The notes under the pieces were generated by a model. The model was not told the origin of the DNA. It worked only from the letters and a program-made list of their open reading frames with translations, and ran no database searches. The translations under genes and the position numbers were made by a program. Below are positions 18,553-26,540 of a DNA stretch of 64,000 bases, one piece after another. Position 1 is the stretch's first letter. The number at the start of each line of letters is the position of its first letter. The DNA comes from Betaproteobacteria bacterium (GTDB taxonomy: Bacteria; Pseudomonadota; Gammaproteobacteria; Burkholderiales; SG8-41): positions 4,351 to 68,350 of the forward strand of contig JBKDUF010000048.1 in assembly GCA_046339595.1 (NCBI GenBank). The letters run 5' to 3'.

Positions 18553-19695
18553 ATGAGCTTCGGCGATCAACATTCCGGCTGGGATCTGCATTGCCGCGTC
18601 GTCGACAATTTCGGCGATGCCGGCGTGTGCTGGCGCATCGCGAGGATGCTCGCGAACGAGCATGGCCTGCCGGTGCGGCTGTGGATCGACCGGCCACAGA
18701 CGCTGCAGGCCCTGTTGCCCGGGCTCAATGCCGCTGCCGCGGTGCAGTACATCGACGGCGTCACCGTCTGCGATGTCACGCGCATCGCGCCGCAGCCGCA
18801 GGCTGCCGCGGTGGTGGTCGAGGCTTTCGGCTGCGGCCTGCCCGAGGACTATGTCGTGGCCATGGCGGCGATGCCGCGGCCACCGCAATGGATCGTGCTC
18901 GAATACCTGAGCGCCGAGGACTGGGTGGACGGCCACCATGGGCTGGCCTCGCCGCACCCGCGACTGCCATTGCAGCGCTGGTTTTTCTTTCCGGGATTCG
19001 GCGGCGGCAATGGCGGCCTGCCGCGCGAGCACGATCTGCTGGCACGGCGCGGGGCTTTTGATGCCCCGGCCTTCTGGCGCGAATTTGGATTTGCCCCGCC
19101 ACACAGCGACTGCCTCACAGCTTCGGTTTTCGCCTATCCCGATGCGCCTCTGGCGCCGCTGATCGATGCCTGCGCTGCGGCGCACGAGCCCGCCTTGCTG
19201 GTACTGCCGGAGGGCGCAATGGCCGTGGCGGCGCGCCGGCTGCTTGGGGCGGGTGAAAGCGTCCAGTCCCTGCAGCGCGGCGCGCTCGAACTGCGCTGGT
19301 TGCCGTTCCTGCCGCAGCGCCGCTATGACGAGCTGCTGTGGGCCTGCGATCTCAATTTCGTGCGCGGCGAGGATTCCTTTGTCCGGGCACAGTGGGCGGG
19401 GCGGCCCCTGGTATGGCAGCCCTATCGGCAGGAGGATCAGGCCCACCGGCGGAAGCTCGCCGCGTTTGCCCGGCGCTACGCCGAGGGCATGGACGCCGCT
19501 GCAGCGGCAGCCTGGAACCCGTTGGTTCAGTGCTGGAACGACAGCGACGCCGGGGGTCTGGCCCAGGCCTGGCTGGCCTGGCGTGCGCAGGGCGCCGCGC
19601 TGCAAAAGCATGCGCTGGAATGGTCGGCACGGCTCGCTGCCGGGCCTGAGCTGGTCGCGGCACTGGTCGAGTTTGTCCGCGGCAAGGTAAAATAG
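18553..19695 (+). CDS. earP: EF-P arginine-32 rhamnosyltransferase EarP
   Basis: The N-terminus GWDLHCRVVDNFGDAGVCWRIARMLA matches the EarP (DUF2331) signature. It lies directly upstream of an efp that has Arg at position 32. Confidence 0.8.
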   Translation: MSFGDQHSGWDLHCRVVDNFGDAGVCWRIARMLANEHGLPVRLWIDRPQTLQALLPGLNAAAAVQYIDGVTVCDVTRIAPQPQAAAVVVEAFGCGLPEDYVVAMAAMPRPPQWIVLEYLSAEDWVDGHHGLASPHPRLPLQRWFFFPGFGGGNGGLPREHDLLARRGAFDAPAFWREFGFAPPHSDCLTASVFAYPDAPLAPLIDACAAAHEPALLVLPEGAMAVAARRLLGAGESVQSLQRGALELRWLPFLPQRRYDELLWACDLNFVRGEDSFVRAQWAGRPLVWQPYRQEDQAHRRKLAAFARRYAEGMDAAAAAAWNPLVQCWNDSDAGGLAQAWLAWRAQGAALQKHALEWSARLAAGPELVAALVEFVRGKVK

Positions 19696-19755
19696 CGTGT
19701 TTCGCTTCTGGTGTTTACCCCGCGAATTTATTCAGCTTAATCAAGGATGTAGTTC

Positions 19756-20316
19756 ATGAAAATCGCACAGGAAATCCGCGCCGGCAATGTCATCATGGTC
19801 GGCAAGGACCCGATGGTGGTGCTCAAGGCCGAGTTCAGCAAATCCGGCCGCAATGCCTCCGTGGTCAAAATGAAATTGAAAAACCTGCTCTCCAACGGCG
19901 GCACCGAAACCGTGTACCGTGCCGACGAGAAATTCGATGTGGTGATGCTCGAGCGCAAGGAGGTGACCTACTCCTATTTCGCCGAGCCCTCCTATGTGTT
20001 CATGGATGCCGAGTTCAACCAGTACGAGGTGGACAAGGAAAACATGGGCGACGCCCTGAATTACCTCGAGGACGGCATGCCCTGCGAAGTCACGCTCTAC
20101 GAGGGACGCCCGATTTCGGTCGAGATCCCGCAGACGCTGGTGCGCGAGATCGTCTATACCGAACCCGCGGTGCGCGGCGATACCTCGGGCAAGGTGCTGA
20201 AGCCGGCGAAACTGGCGACCGGTTACGAGATCCAGGTGCCGCTGTTCTGCGCCACCGGGGACAAGATCGAGATCGATACCCGCACCGGCGAATACCGCAG
20301 CCGCACCAAGGGCTGA
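19756..20316 (+). CDS. efp: translation elongation factor P
   Basis: 186 aa, [15 protein letters not shown]...[16 protein letters not shown]. Residue 32 is Arg, the EarP-type modification site. Confidence 0.95.
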   Translation: MKIAQEIRAGNVIMVGKDPMVVLKAEFSKSGRNASVVKMKLKNLLSNGGTETVYRADEKFDVVMLERKEVTYSYFAEPSYVFMDAEFNQYEVDKENMGDALNYLEDGMPCEVTLYEGRPISVEIPQTLVREIVYTEPAVRGDTSGKVLKPAKLATGYEIQVPLFCATGDKIEIDTRTGEYRSRTKG

Positions 20317-20332
20317 GTCTCAAAAAATAAAC

Positions 20333-20352
20333 CAATAAAAACAATAAGTTAT
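20333..20352 (+). repeat. AT-rich intergenic motif, copy B (CAATAAAAACAATAAGTTAT)
   Basis: A gapless alignment to the copy A/D 20-mer matches 16/20, with mismatches at positions 14, 16, 17 and 18. It lies between the efp stop and its terminator. Confidence 0.6.
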
Positions 20353-20356
20353 ATGA

Positions 20357-20386
20357 AAACGCCGCAGTGACCCTGCGGCGTTTTTG
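20357..20386 (+). terminator. rho-independent terminator after efp
   Basis: CGCCGCAG/CTGCGGCG stem followed by TTTTT. Confidence 0.8.
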
Positions 20387-20414
20387 CTGGCAGCCGTGAC
20401 CAGCGGCAGGCCGG

Positions 20415-21257
20415 TCATTCCCCGATCAGCCATTCACAGCGCACGCCCCCTTCGCCGGCCGGTGACAGTGCCCGCCACAGCCAGTCGAGCAACTGCGGGG
20501 CTTCAAGGTCCAGACCGAACGGTGGATTGATCACCAGCAGGCCGCTGCCGCGGATGTGTTCGTTCCAGTCCTCGCCATGCACCGCGAGTTCCAGCTGCAG
20601 CGTCTTCGGCAGCCCGGAAGCCTGCACGCTGCGCGCAAAGGCGGCCATGGCCGAGGGCGCCATCAGCGGATACCAGACCGCGATCATGCCGGTGGCGAAG
20701 CGGTTGTGCGCCTCCTTCGCGGTGCGCAGCACGCGGGCGAATTCGTCAGCCTGGTCGAAGGCGGAGTCGATGAAGGTCAGTCCGCGGCGTTCGCGCGGTG
20801 GCAGGAAGGCCTTGATCGAGGTGAAGCCATCCTGGTTGTGGATCGCGGTATGGCGCGCGCCCTGCATCGCCGCCTGCAGCGCCGCGCAGTCGTCGCGGTT
20901 CAGCTCGCACAGCGCGAGCCGGTCGTTTTCGCGTATCAGCCGGCGCGCGATGCGCGGCGAGCCGGGATAGAAACGCAGGCCGCCGCCGGGATTTTCGGCG
21001 CGAACCGCATCGAGGTAGGGCTGCAGTGCCTCTGGGGCATCGCTGCGGTCGAACACGCGGGCGATGCCCTTGCGCCATTCACCGGTTTTTTCCGACCAGG
21101 CGTGATTGAGGTCGTACAGCCCGATCCCGGCATGGGTGTCGAGGACAAAGTACGGCTTGTCCTTGCGTCCAAGCGCAAGCAGCAGCCGGCAGAGCAGGGC
21201 ATGCTTGAATACATCCGACACGTTGCCGGCGTGAAACTGGTGGCGATACGAAAGCAT
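20415..21257 (-). CDS. rlmJ: 23S rRNA (adenine2030-N6)-methyltransferase
   Basis: MLSYRHQFHAGNVSDVFKH..., 280 aa, with the INPPF motif. Confidence 0.9.
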   Translation of the reverse strand: MLSYRHQFHAGNVSDVFKHALLCRLLLALGRKDKPYFVLDTHAGIGLYDLNHAWSEKTGEWRKGIARVFDRSDAPEALQPYLDAVRAENPGGGLRFYPGSPRIARRLIRENDRLALCELNRDDCAALQAAMQGARHTAIHNQDGFTSIKAFLPPRERRGLTFIDSAFDQADEFARVLRTAKEAHNRFATGMIAVWYPLMAPSAMAAFARSVQASGLPKTLQLELAVHGEDWNEHIRGSGLLVINPPFGLDLEAPQLLDWLWRALSPAGEGGVRCEWLIGE

Positions 21258-21326
21258 GGGGCGGATTACATCACAACCGCGGTGCCGGCTGTGTAATCAT
21301 GCGCTTTTTGCGGATGGGAGCCGATC

Positions 21327-21686
21327 ATGGGATTGCAAAGACTGCATGTCGCCGCACGCTACAGCGAGGCGGCGATTTTCAACGGCGTGGTGTACCTGGC
21401 GGGCATGGTGCCGGAGTGCGAGGCGAAGGACATCCGCAGCCAGACTGCGGACGTGCTCCAGCAGATCGACACGCGTCTTGCTGAAGCCGGCAGCCACAAG
21501 GGCCTGATCCTGCGCACGCAGATTTTTCTCGCCGACCTGCAGGACTTCGCCGGCATGAACGAAGTCTGGGACGCCTGGGTCACTCCCGGCACCGCGCCGC
21601 CGCGCGCCACCGTGCAGGCTGCACTGACCAATCCGGACTGGAAGATCGAGATCGTGGTCACCGCGGCGCAGGCGGCGATGGCCTGA
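21327..21686 (+). CDS. RidA/YjgF family protein
   Basis: 119 aa with RATVQAAL near the C-terminus, typical of the YjgF/RidA fold. Confidence 0.85.
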   Translation: MGLQRLHVAARYSEAAIFNGVVYLAGMVPECEAKDIRSQTADVLQQIDTRLAEAGSHKGLILRTQIFLADLQDFAGMNEVWDAWVTPGTAPPRATVQAALTNPDWKIEIVVTAAQAAMA

Positions 21687-22143
21687 AGGAAACGCAGGCT
21701 GTTTTTCCCGGGGCAATAATCCTCAGAAATTCACATTCAAAGACGGCTCTTTCGGCCAGTAACTGCGGCGTGTATTTGCAGTTGCGTGGTGTCAGCCTCA
21801 GGTAATGTGTCAAGGCCATGTCCGCGCGCTGCTTTTTTTATGTTCGCAGATAGGGCGCGATAGCCTTCAGCAATTCCAGGGCTTGGCGGCTGCTGAGTGC
21901 GTAGGTGTGGCTCGGTGCGTGTCTGCTGCTGTAGGCGCGTTTGGCTGTAATCTTGCCAATGCCGGTCAGATCCCTGATGAAATGGAGTAGCGTGGGCTCG
22001 GTGCTGGCTACCGACACTACCAGGCGGCGGTGCTCGCCTTTGTGCTGCGCGGTCAGTGTGATCGTTCCTTCGCCGTCGATGATGCCGGCGATATAAGCAG
22101 TCGCCCAGTCCGGAAGCTGTTTCATGCGAGTGGCATCAGCCAT
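21658..22143 (-). pseudogene. free-standing single-motif LAGLIDADG homing endonuclease gene interrupted by TAA (21838..21840)
   Basis: From ATG 22143 it reads MADATRMKQLPDWATAYIAGIIDGEGTITL...LKAIAPYLRT, then TAA. The same frame then continues open as KKQRADMALTHYLRLTPRNCKYTPQLLAERAVFECEFLRI..., ending at TGA near 21658. The total of ~161 codons is I-CreI-sized. The TAA is one substitution away from Tyr. Confidence 0.6.
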
Positions 22144-22154
22144 GGATCGAGCAT

Positions 22155-22190
22155 AAAACAAAATGGCCGCCGGACGTGAATCCGGCAGCC
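22155..22190 (-). terminator. rho-independent terminator of ssrA
   Basis: On the minus strand, GGCUGCCGGA-UUCACG-UCCGGCGGCC is followed by AUUUUGUUUU, starting 11 nt after the tmRNA CCA. Confidence 0.75.
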
Positions 22191-22217
22191 ATCGGCCAAT
22201 TGGTGGAGGCGGCGGGA

Positions 22218-22486
22218 CAGCTTGTCCATGCCTTTCGGCACGGGCTGGACTATGCCTTCATCCCGGTTGCACGGGATGCGGAGCGTGTTATCCGCTTGCG
22301 CGAATCCTAGTATCTGCCCCCCGGATGCAACCCGGTCGGCAGATCTATGAGTCTCTACAGGGCAGGCCTGAAGTTGGCCCTCTTCCTACCCCTCGGCGTT
22401 GCCATGCCGTCCTTGGCGAGACGGTGCAGGTTTCACCGATGTGAGCTCCGTTTACATTCTGCTCTTGCGAACAGACGCGACCATTG
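22218..22486 (-). mobile_element. group I intron-like insert (269 nt, no ORF) in the tmRNA T-loop
   Basis: The 5' exon ends in U and the insert ends in G. A P1-like helix CGAU/GUCG places a U:G wobble at the junction. A P4-like pairing UCGGUG/CGCCGA and a P5-like hairpin CCGUC/GACGG are present, plus several GNRA-capped hairpins (GCAA, GAAA). The segments CGGUGAAACCU, AUGGCAACGCCGAG and GUAGAGACU resemble the Azoarcus tRNA-Ile IC3 intron as I recall it. Confidence 0.75.
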
Positions 22487-22710
22487 ATCGAACCCGCGTC
22501 CGCAAGCCCTCCACAGTCAGGACTACATGCTTAGCCTGGTTGTTTGGGTTTCGCCTCGCACCCGCCAGCCGGCAGGCTGATGTTTGGCTAGTCGCTTCGA
22601 CGGATCCGCAGGATTAAGCGACCAAACCCTGCAGAGAGGCTGATGTGAATGACGTTGCACCCCTTTCGGGGCCTGACCCATCAGCAGATCAGTGCAACGT
22701 CTAGCCGGTG

Positions 22711-22743
22711 TTAGGCGGCTAGAGAATAACGCTCGTCGTTGGC
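22711..22743 (-). other. tmRNA tag reading frame (ANDERYSLAA, then stop)
   Basis: Read directly from the minus strand. It resembles proteobacterial ANDE..ALAA degradation tags. Confidence 0.8.
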
Positions 22744-22886
22744 GTGTATAGATTTCCAGCGGATTTACAAGGTGACTGGACCTTGGCATGCCCTGTGCTG
22801 CTTTGTGACCCACGTCGAAACCAGGTCGCCCCCAATCTGACGCTTCGACATTATCGCACGGCAGGGGTTCCCTGCCGGATCGAGTG

Positions 22887-23693
22887 TCAGAGACGGCGGT
22901 TCTGCTGCTTGCGCACGGCAATCCGGGAGGACGGGCGCTGCGGGGCCGGTTTTTCGGCCAGGCTCTGGGCGGTTTCGCGTTGGGCGCGCAGCATGTTGGC
23001 AACATCCTGATGCAGCGTAGCCGGCAGATCGAGGCTGGCCAGCCGGTTCATCCGCGACCGGTAGTCGGGCAGGGTATGCAGCCCGAGCATGTAAGTGAGC
23101 AGGTCGTCCGTGGTCGGGGTCGCACCCGTGGTGCGCAGGAAATCGCGCGGGAAACTCGCGCTGACACCATTGGGCGAGGGAAACAGCAGGCGGATCACGA
23201 AATCGCCGCAACTGAGGCAGAAGGGTTGGTCGGGCTCGCGAAAAACGCAATATGGGGTTTCGCTGTCGACCCAGATTGCCACCCGGCGCACGAGATCCTG
23301 GCGCAGTGCCTGCATTTCCCGGGCGGTGCGGAAAGGACGCACGCCATGCAGGTGTTCCACCCGGTAGAGTGTGCCGCCGGCTTCGATCGCGCCCAACTTG
23401 ATGAAAGGGCTGACCATCACGCCAGCGCCGGGGAAGGACCAGGCAATGCGCTGATCTTCCATCTCGATGCCCACCTGGTCTTCGAGCGTGCCATCCGGGT
23501 AGGTGATCACGAAGTAATGCACATAGCCGGCCTGTCCACGGCCCGTGTTGCTGACTGCCAGCGGGCCTGCCGCGCGGTCTGCGGTGGCGTAGATCCTGGA
23601 GCCCGGTTTATGCGGCGCGGCTGCTGCGAGTGCAGGCAGCAGCGCGATCAGTGCGGCTGCAAGCAGGCCGGAAAACTGGGCAAGGTTTGGCAT
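22887..23693 (-). CDS. hypothetical secreted protein
   Basis: ATG 23693 gives a signal peptide (MPNLAQFSGLLAAALIALLPALAAAAP). It is ~268 aa and no family was recognised. Confidence 0.55.
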   Translation of the reverse strand: MPNLAQFSGLLAAALIALLPALAAAAPHKPGSRIYATADRAAGPLAVSNTGRGQAGYVHYFVITYPDGTLEDQVGIEMEDQRIAWSFPGAGVMVSPFIKLGAIEAGGTLYRVEHLHGVRPFRTAREMQALRQDLVRRVAIWVDSETPYCVFREPDQPFCLSCGDFVIRLLFPSPNGVSASFPRDFLRTTGATPTTDDLLTYMLGLHTLPDYRSRMNRLASLDLPATLHQDVANMLRAQRETAQSLAEKPAPQRPSSRIAVRKQQNRRL

Positions 23694-23800
23694 GAAATCG
23701 GGCAGGGAAGGCTGACAGCAAGCAGCTCGGGGAGATGCCCAACTGTAGCGTGCTTGAAAATATCCTGAAAATAACAATTTATGCATTAATAATCAATTGG

Positions 23801-24448
23801 TTATGTAACTAAGCCAAAGATATCGAGCGCGGTGTCGACAACATGGTCGGCCCCCCAATCTTCGGGCTTGCTACCGTTGAGGTAGCCAAAACGCACGGCA
23901 ATGGTGGTCATCCCGGCGGCACGGCCGGCGATGATGTCGCGCTCGTCGTCACCGACATAGGCGCAGCGCGCTGGCGGCACGCCGATGGCGGCTGCTCCGG
24001 CCAGCAACGGTGCCGGGTGTGGTTTCATGTGTGCTGTGGTGTCGCCGCCGATGAGGCAGCCCGCGCGTTCAGCGTAGCCCAGCTGCTGCAGCAGCGGCAG
24101 GGCCAGTTGCTCGGATTTGTTGGTCACGATACCCCAGCACAGGCCGGCGGCTTCGAGGCGGTCAACCAGCTCGGCCATTCCCGGAAACGGGGTGCTGTGG
24201 ATGCAGAGGTTGCGCCGGTAAAGATCCAGGAATTCCTCGCGCATGGCGGGGTAGTCCGGATGATCGGGGCCGATGCCGAAACCGGCGCCGAGCAGTCCGC
24301 GAGCCCCCAGCGAGGTGACGCGCCGGGTTTCGCTGAGGGGCACCGGAGACAGTCCGCGGTCGGCCCGCATGCGGTTGACCGCGGCACCGAGGTCGGGGGC
24401 GGTATCGGCGAAGGTGCCATCGAGGTCAAACAGGACGGCGCCAATCAT
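23801..24448 (-). CDS. gph: phosphoglycolate phosphatase (HAD superfamily)
   Basis: The start [16 protein letters not shown] carries the HAD motif I, and [15 protein letters not shown] is motif III. The start overlaps the ubiG stop (ATGA). Confidence 0.85.
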   Translation of the reverse strand: MIGAVLFDLDGTFADTAPDLGAAVNRMRADRGLSPVPLSETRRVTSLGARGLLGAGFGIGPDHPDYPAMREEFLDLYRRNLCIHSTPFPGMAELVDRLEAAGLCWGIVTNKSEQLALPLLQQLGYAERAGCLIGGDTTAHMKPHPAPLLAGAAAIGVPPARCAYVGDDERDIIAGRAAGMTTIAVRFGYLNGSKPEDWGADHVVDTALDIFGLVT

Positions 24449-25149
24449 GGTCCGGGCTTGCGTGCGGCAAGGATGTAGTTGACGTCGGTATCGGGCCCGA
24501 GCGCATAGACGCGCGTCAGCGGGTTGTAGGTCATGCCGATCAGGTTCACGGTATCGAGTCCGGCGCGACGGCAATCGGCGGACAGTTCGGAGGGTTTGAT
24601 GAAGCGTGCGTAGTCGTGGGTGCCCCTCGGCAGCAGGCGCAGCACATATTCGGCGCCGATGATTGCGAACAGATAAGACTTCGGATTGCGGTTCAGTGTC
24701 GCGAAAAAGGCATGCCCGCCGGGTTTGAGCAGCATGGCGCAGGCCTTCACCACCGAGGCAGGGTCGGGCACGTGCTCCAGCATTTCCATGCAGGTCACCA
24801 CGTCGAAGCTGGCGGGCCGTTCTGCGGCCAGGTCCTCGACGGCGATGCTGCGGTAATCCACTTTAATTCCGCTTTCCAGCAGGTGCAGCTGGGCCACCTT
24901 CAGCGGTTTTTCGGAAAGATCAATGCCGGTCACCTGGGCGCCGCGGGCGGCCATGGCCTCGGCGAGGATGCCGCCGCCGCAGCCGACATCGAGCACCATC
25001 TTCCCGTTCAGCGACGCGATGCGGTCAATATGTTCAAGCCGCAGCGGATTGATTTCGTGCAAGGGCCGGAATTCGCCGTTGCGATCCCACCAGCGGTGGG
25101 CGAGTTCGCCAAACTTGTCGAGCTCGGCCGGGTCGGCATTGATGCTCAT
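24445..25149 (-). CDS. ubiG: bifunctional 2-polyprenyl-6-hydroxyphenol / 3-demethylubiquinol O-methyltransferase
   Basis: [19 protein letters not shown]...[13 protein letters not shown] is the UbiG signature with its SAM-binding motif. Confidence 0.95.
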   Translation of the reverse strand: MSINADPAELDKFGELAHRWWDRNGEFRPLHEINPLRLEHIDRIASLNGKMVLDVGCGGGILAEAMAARGAQVTGIDLSEKPLKVAQLHLLESGIKVDYRSIAVEDLAAERPASFDVVTCMEMLEHVPDPASVVKACAMLLKPGGHAFFATLNRNPKSYLFAIIGAEYVLRLLPRGTHDYARFIKPSELSADCRRAGLDTVNLIGMTYNPLTRVYALGPDTDVNYILAARKPGP

Positions 25150-26459
25150 GCGTTACCTATGCGTTGGCGCCAGCTTTCGGCGCGTTGCTGAAGGGCTTCG
25201 ATGTCGAGGCCTGTGACGCGGCCGGATGTGACCCGGCGCTCGCCATGGACCCAGACATCGCTGACATGCTCGCGCCCCGCGGCATAAACCAGATGCGAAA
25301 GCGGGTCGTAGCACGGAGACAGCTCGGGGGCGTCGAGGTTCACCGCGACGAGGTCGGCCAGCTTGCCGGGCGTGATCGAGCCGATGCGGTCCTGCAGGCC
25401 CAGTGCACGGGCGCCACCCAGCGTGGCCGCCTCCAGCGCGCGCGCCGCGGGAAGCACCGGAGCCGATCCGCTGGCGCCCTTGGCCAGCAGCGCGGCCAGA
25501 CGCATTTCTGCAAACAGGTCGACGCGGTTGTTGCTGGCGGCGCCATCAGTCCCCAGGCCGATGTTGACGCCGGCCGCGAGCAGTGCTGCCACCGGCGCAA
25601 TGCCGCTGCCCAGCTTGAGGTTGGAGCTCGGGCAATGCGCAACCGAGCTGCCATGCCTCGCCAGCGAGAGGATTTCGGCGGCTTCCAGATGCACGGCGTG
25701 CACGGCAATCAGGCCGGGACCCAGCAGGCCCAGGCGCTCCAGTCGCGCCAGGGGGCGCGAACCGTGGCTGGTCAAGCTTTCGGCCACTTCGGTGGCGGTT
25801 TCATGCAGGTGGATATGTACCGGCAGATCGAGTTCGCCGGCATAGGTGGCAATGCGGGAGAAGGTGGCATCGGAAACCGTGAACGGGGCGTGCGGAGCGA
25901 GGCAGAAACTGAGCAGCGGTTCGCCGCGCAGCCGGTCGCGCAAAGCCATGCCTTTGCTCAGGTAGTCCTCGGCATCACTGGCATAAGCCGATCGGAATTC
26001 CAGCGCGATGATCCCGATTGCCGCACGCATTCCCGCTCGAAGGGCGGCGCGTGCGGCGGCTTCGGGGAAAAAATACATGTCGTTGAAGCAGGTGATACCG
26101 CCGCGCAGCATTTCTGCGCAGGCGAGCAGGGTGCCGTCGTAGACGAACTCGTCGCTGACCACGCGGGCCTCGGCCGGCCAGATGTGGTTTTGCAGCCAGT
26201 CCATCAGCGGCAGATCGTCGGCAAGGCCGCGCATCAGGCTCATCGCAGCATGGGTATGCAGGTTGACCAGGCCGGGTATCAGGGCATGGGTCGGCAGTGC
26301 CACGCGGGCTGCGTCCGGATGGCTGGCCCAGGCTTCGGTCAGGGGCTGTACCGCGACAATCCGTTCCTCGCGGATGACGACGGCGTGGTCGCTGAGGATG
26401 ATGCCTGAGGGTTCAGCCGGAATGATCCATCGCGGTTCAATGATCGTGGCCGGTGTCAT
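25146..26459 (-). CDS. TRZ/ATZ family amidohydrolase (MTA/SAH deaminase-like)
   Basis: 437 aa with the metal-binding motif [15 protein letters not shown], and HLHET and GTDGAASNN motifs. It lies upstream of ubiG, as in many betaproteobacteria. Confidence 0.8.
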   Translation of the reverse strand: MTPATIIEPRWIIPAEPSGIILSDHAVVIREERIVAVQPLTEAWASHPDAARVALPTHALIPGLVNLHTHAAMSLMRGLADDLPLMDWLQNHIWPAEARVVSDEFVYDGTLLACAEMLRGGITCFNDMYFFPEAAARAALRAGMRAAIGIIALEFRSAYASDAEDYLSKGMALRDRLRGEPLLSFCLAPHAPFTVSDATFSRIATYAGELDLPVHIHLHETATEVAESLTSHGSRPLARLERLGLLGPGLIAVHAVHLEAAEILSLARHGSSVAHCPSSNLKLGSGIAPVAALLAAGVNIGLGTDGAASNNRVDLFAEMRLAALLAKGASGSAPVLPAARALEAATLGGARALGLQDRIGSITPGKLADLVAVNLDAPELSPCYDPLSHLVYAAGREHVSDVWVHGERRVTSGRVTGLDIEALQQRAESWRQRIGNA

Positions 26460-26490
26460 GGCTCAGTTGGTACGTAAGGCATTGGGCATT

Positions 26491-26523
26491 AAAAAAAAAG
26501 CCCTGCCGAAGCAGGGCTTTTTG
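26491..26523 (-). terminator. rho-independent terminator after the ompA-family gene
   Basis: AGCCCUGC-UUCG-GCAGGGCU stem followed by U9 on the minus strand. Confidence 0.8.
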
Positions 26524-26540
26524 GACTTCTTGCTTGCCAA

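Larger units (their letters stand above)
22201..22833 (-). ncRNA. ssrA: tmRNA (ssrA), one-piece gene order, interrupted in the T-loop by an intervening sequence
   Basis: The 5' GGGGGCGACCUGGUUUCGACG pairs with the 3' CGCCUCCACCA, giving a G3:U wobble for alanine identity. The tag ORF is GCC AAC GAC GAG CGU UAU UCU CUA GCC GCC UAA. The T-arm GCGGG-UUCGAU // U-CCCGC forms only after removing 22218..22486. The two exons sum to 364 nt. Confidence 0.9.

Noticed and set aside
21838-22161. LAGLIDADG ORF being encoded inside the intron.
   Set aside because: It begins after the tmRNA CCA end (22201) and after the terminator hairpin. It is therefore outside the 22218..22486 insert and must be treated as free-standing.
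22201-22833. Possibility that this is a circularly permuted two-piece tmRNA gene, as known in alphaproteobacteria and some betaproteobacteria.
   Set aside because: The gene order is the standard one-piece order: 5' acceptor strand, tag ORF, T-arm, then 3' acceptor-CCA. Only the T-loop is interrupted, and the insert has group I features rather than a processed intervening segment between permuted pieces.
22163-23010. Short ORFs overlapping the ssrA locus (22163..22444+, 22399..22617+, 22523..23005-, 22744..23010+, 22765..23250-).
   Set aside because: The region is fully explained by the tmRNA exons, the intron and the terminator. None of these ORFs has coding-like features.
23761-23800. Additional weak copies of the AT-rich motif (23761..23800 and 49100..49125), plus an AATAATAAGTT string at 50550.
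   Set aside because: Similarity to the 20-mer core is too low to distinguish from generic AT-rich spacer sequence by eye. They are mentioned only as candidates for a formal motif search.
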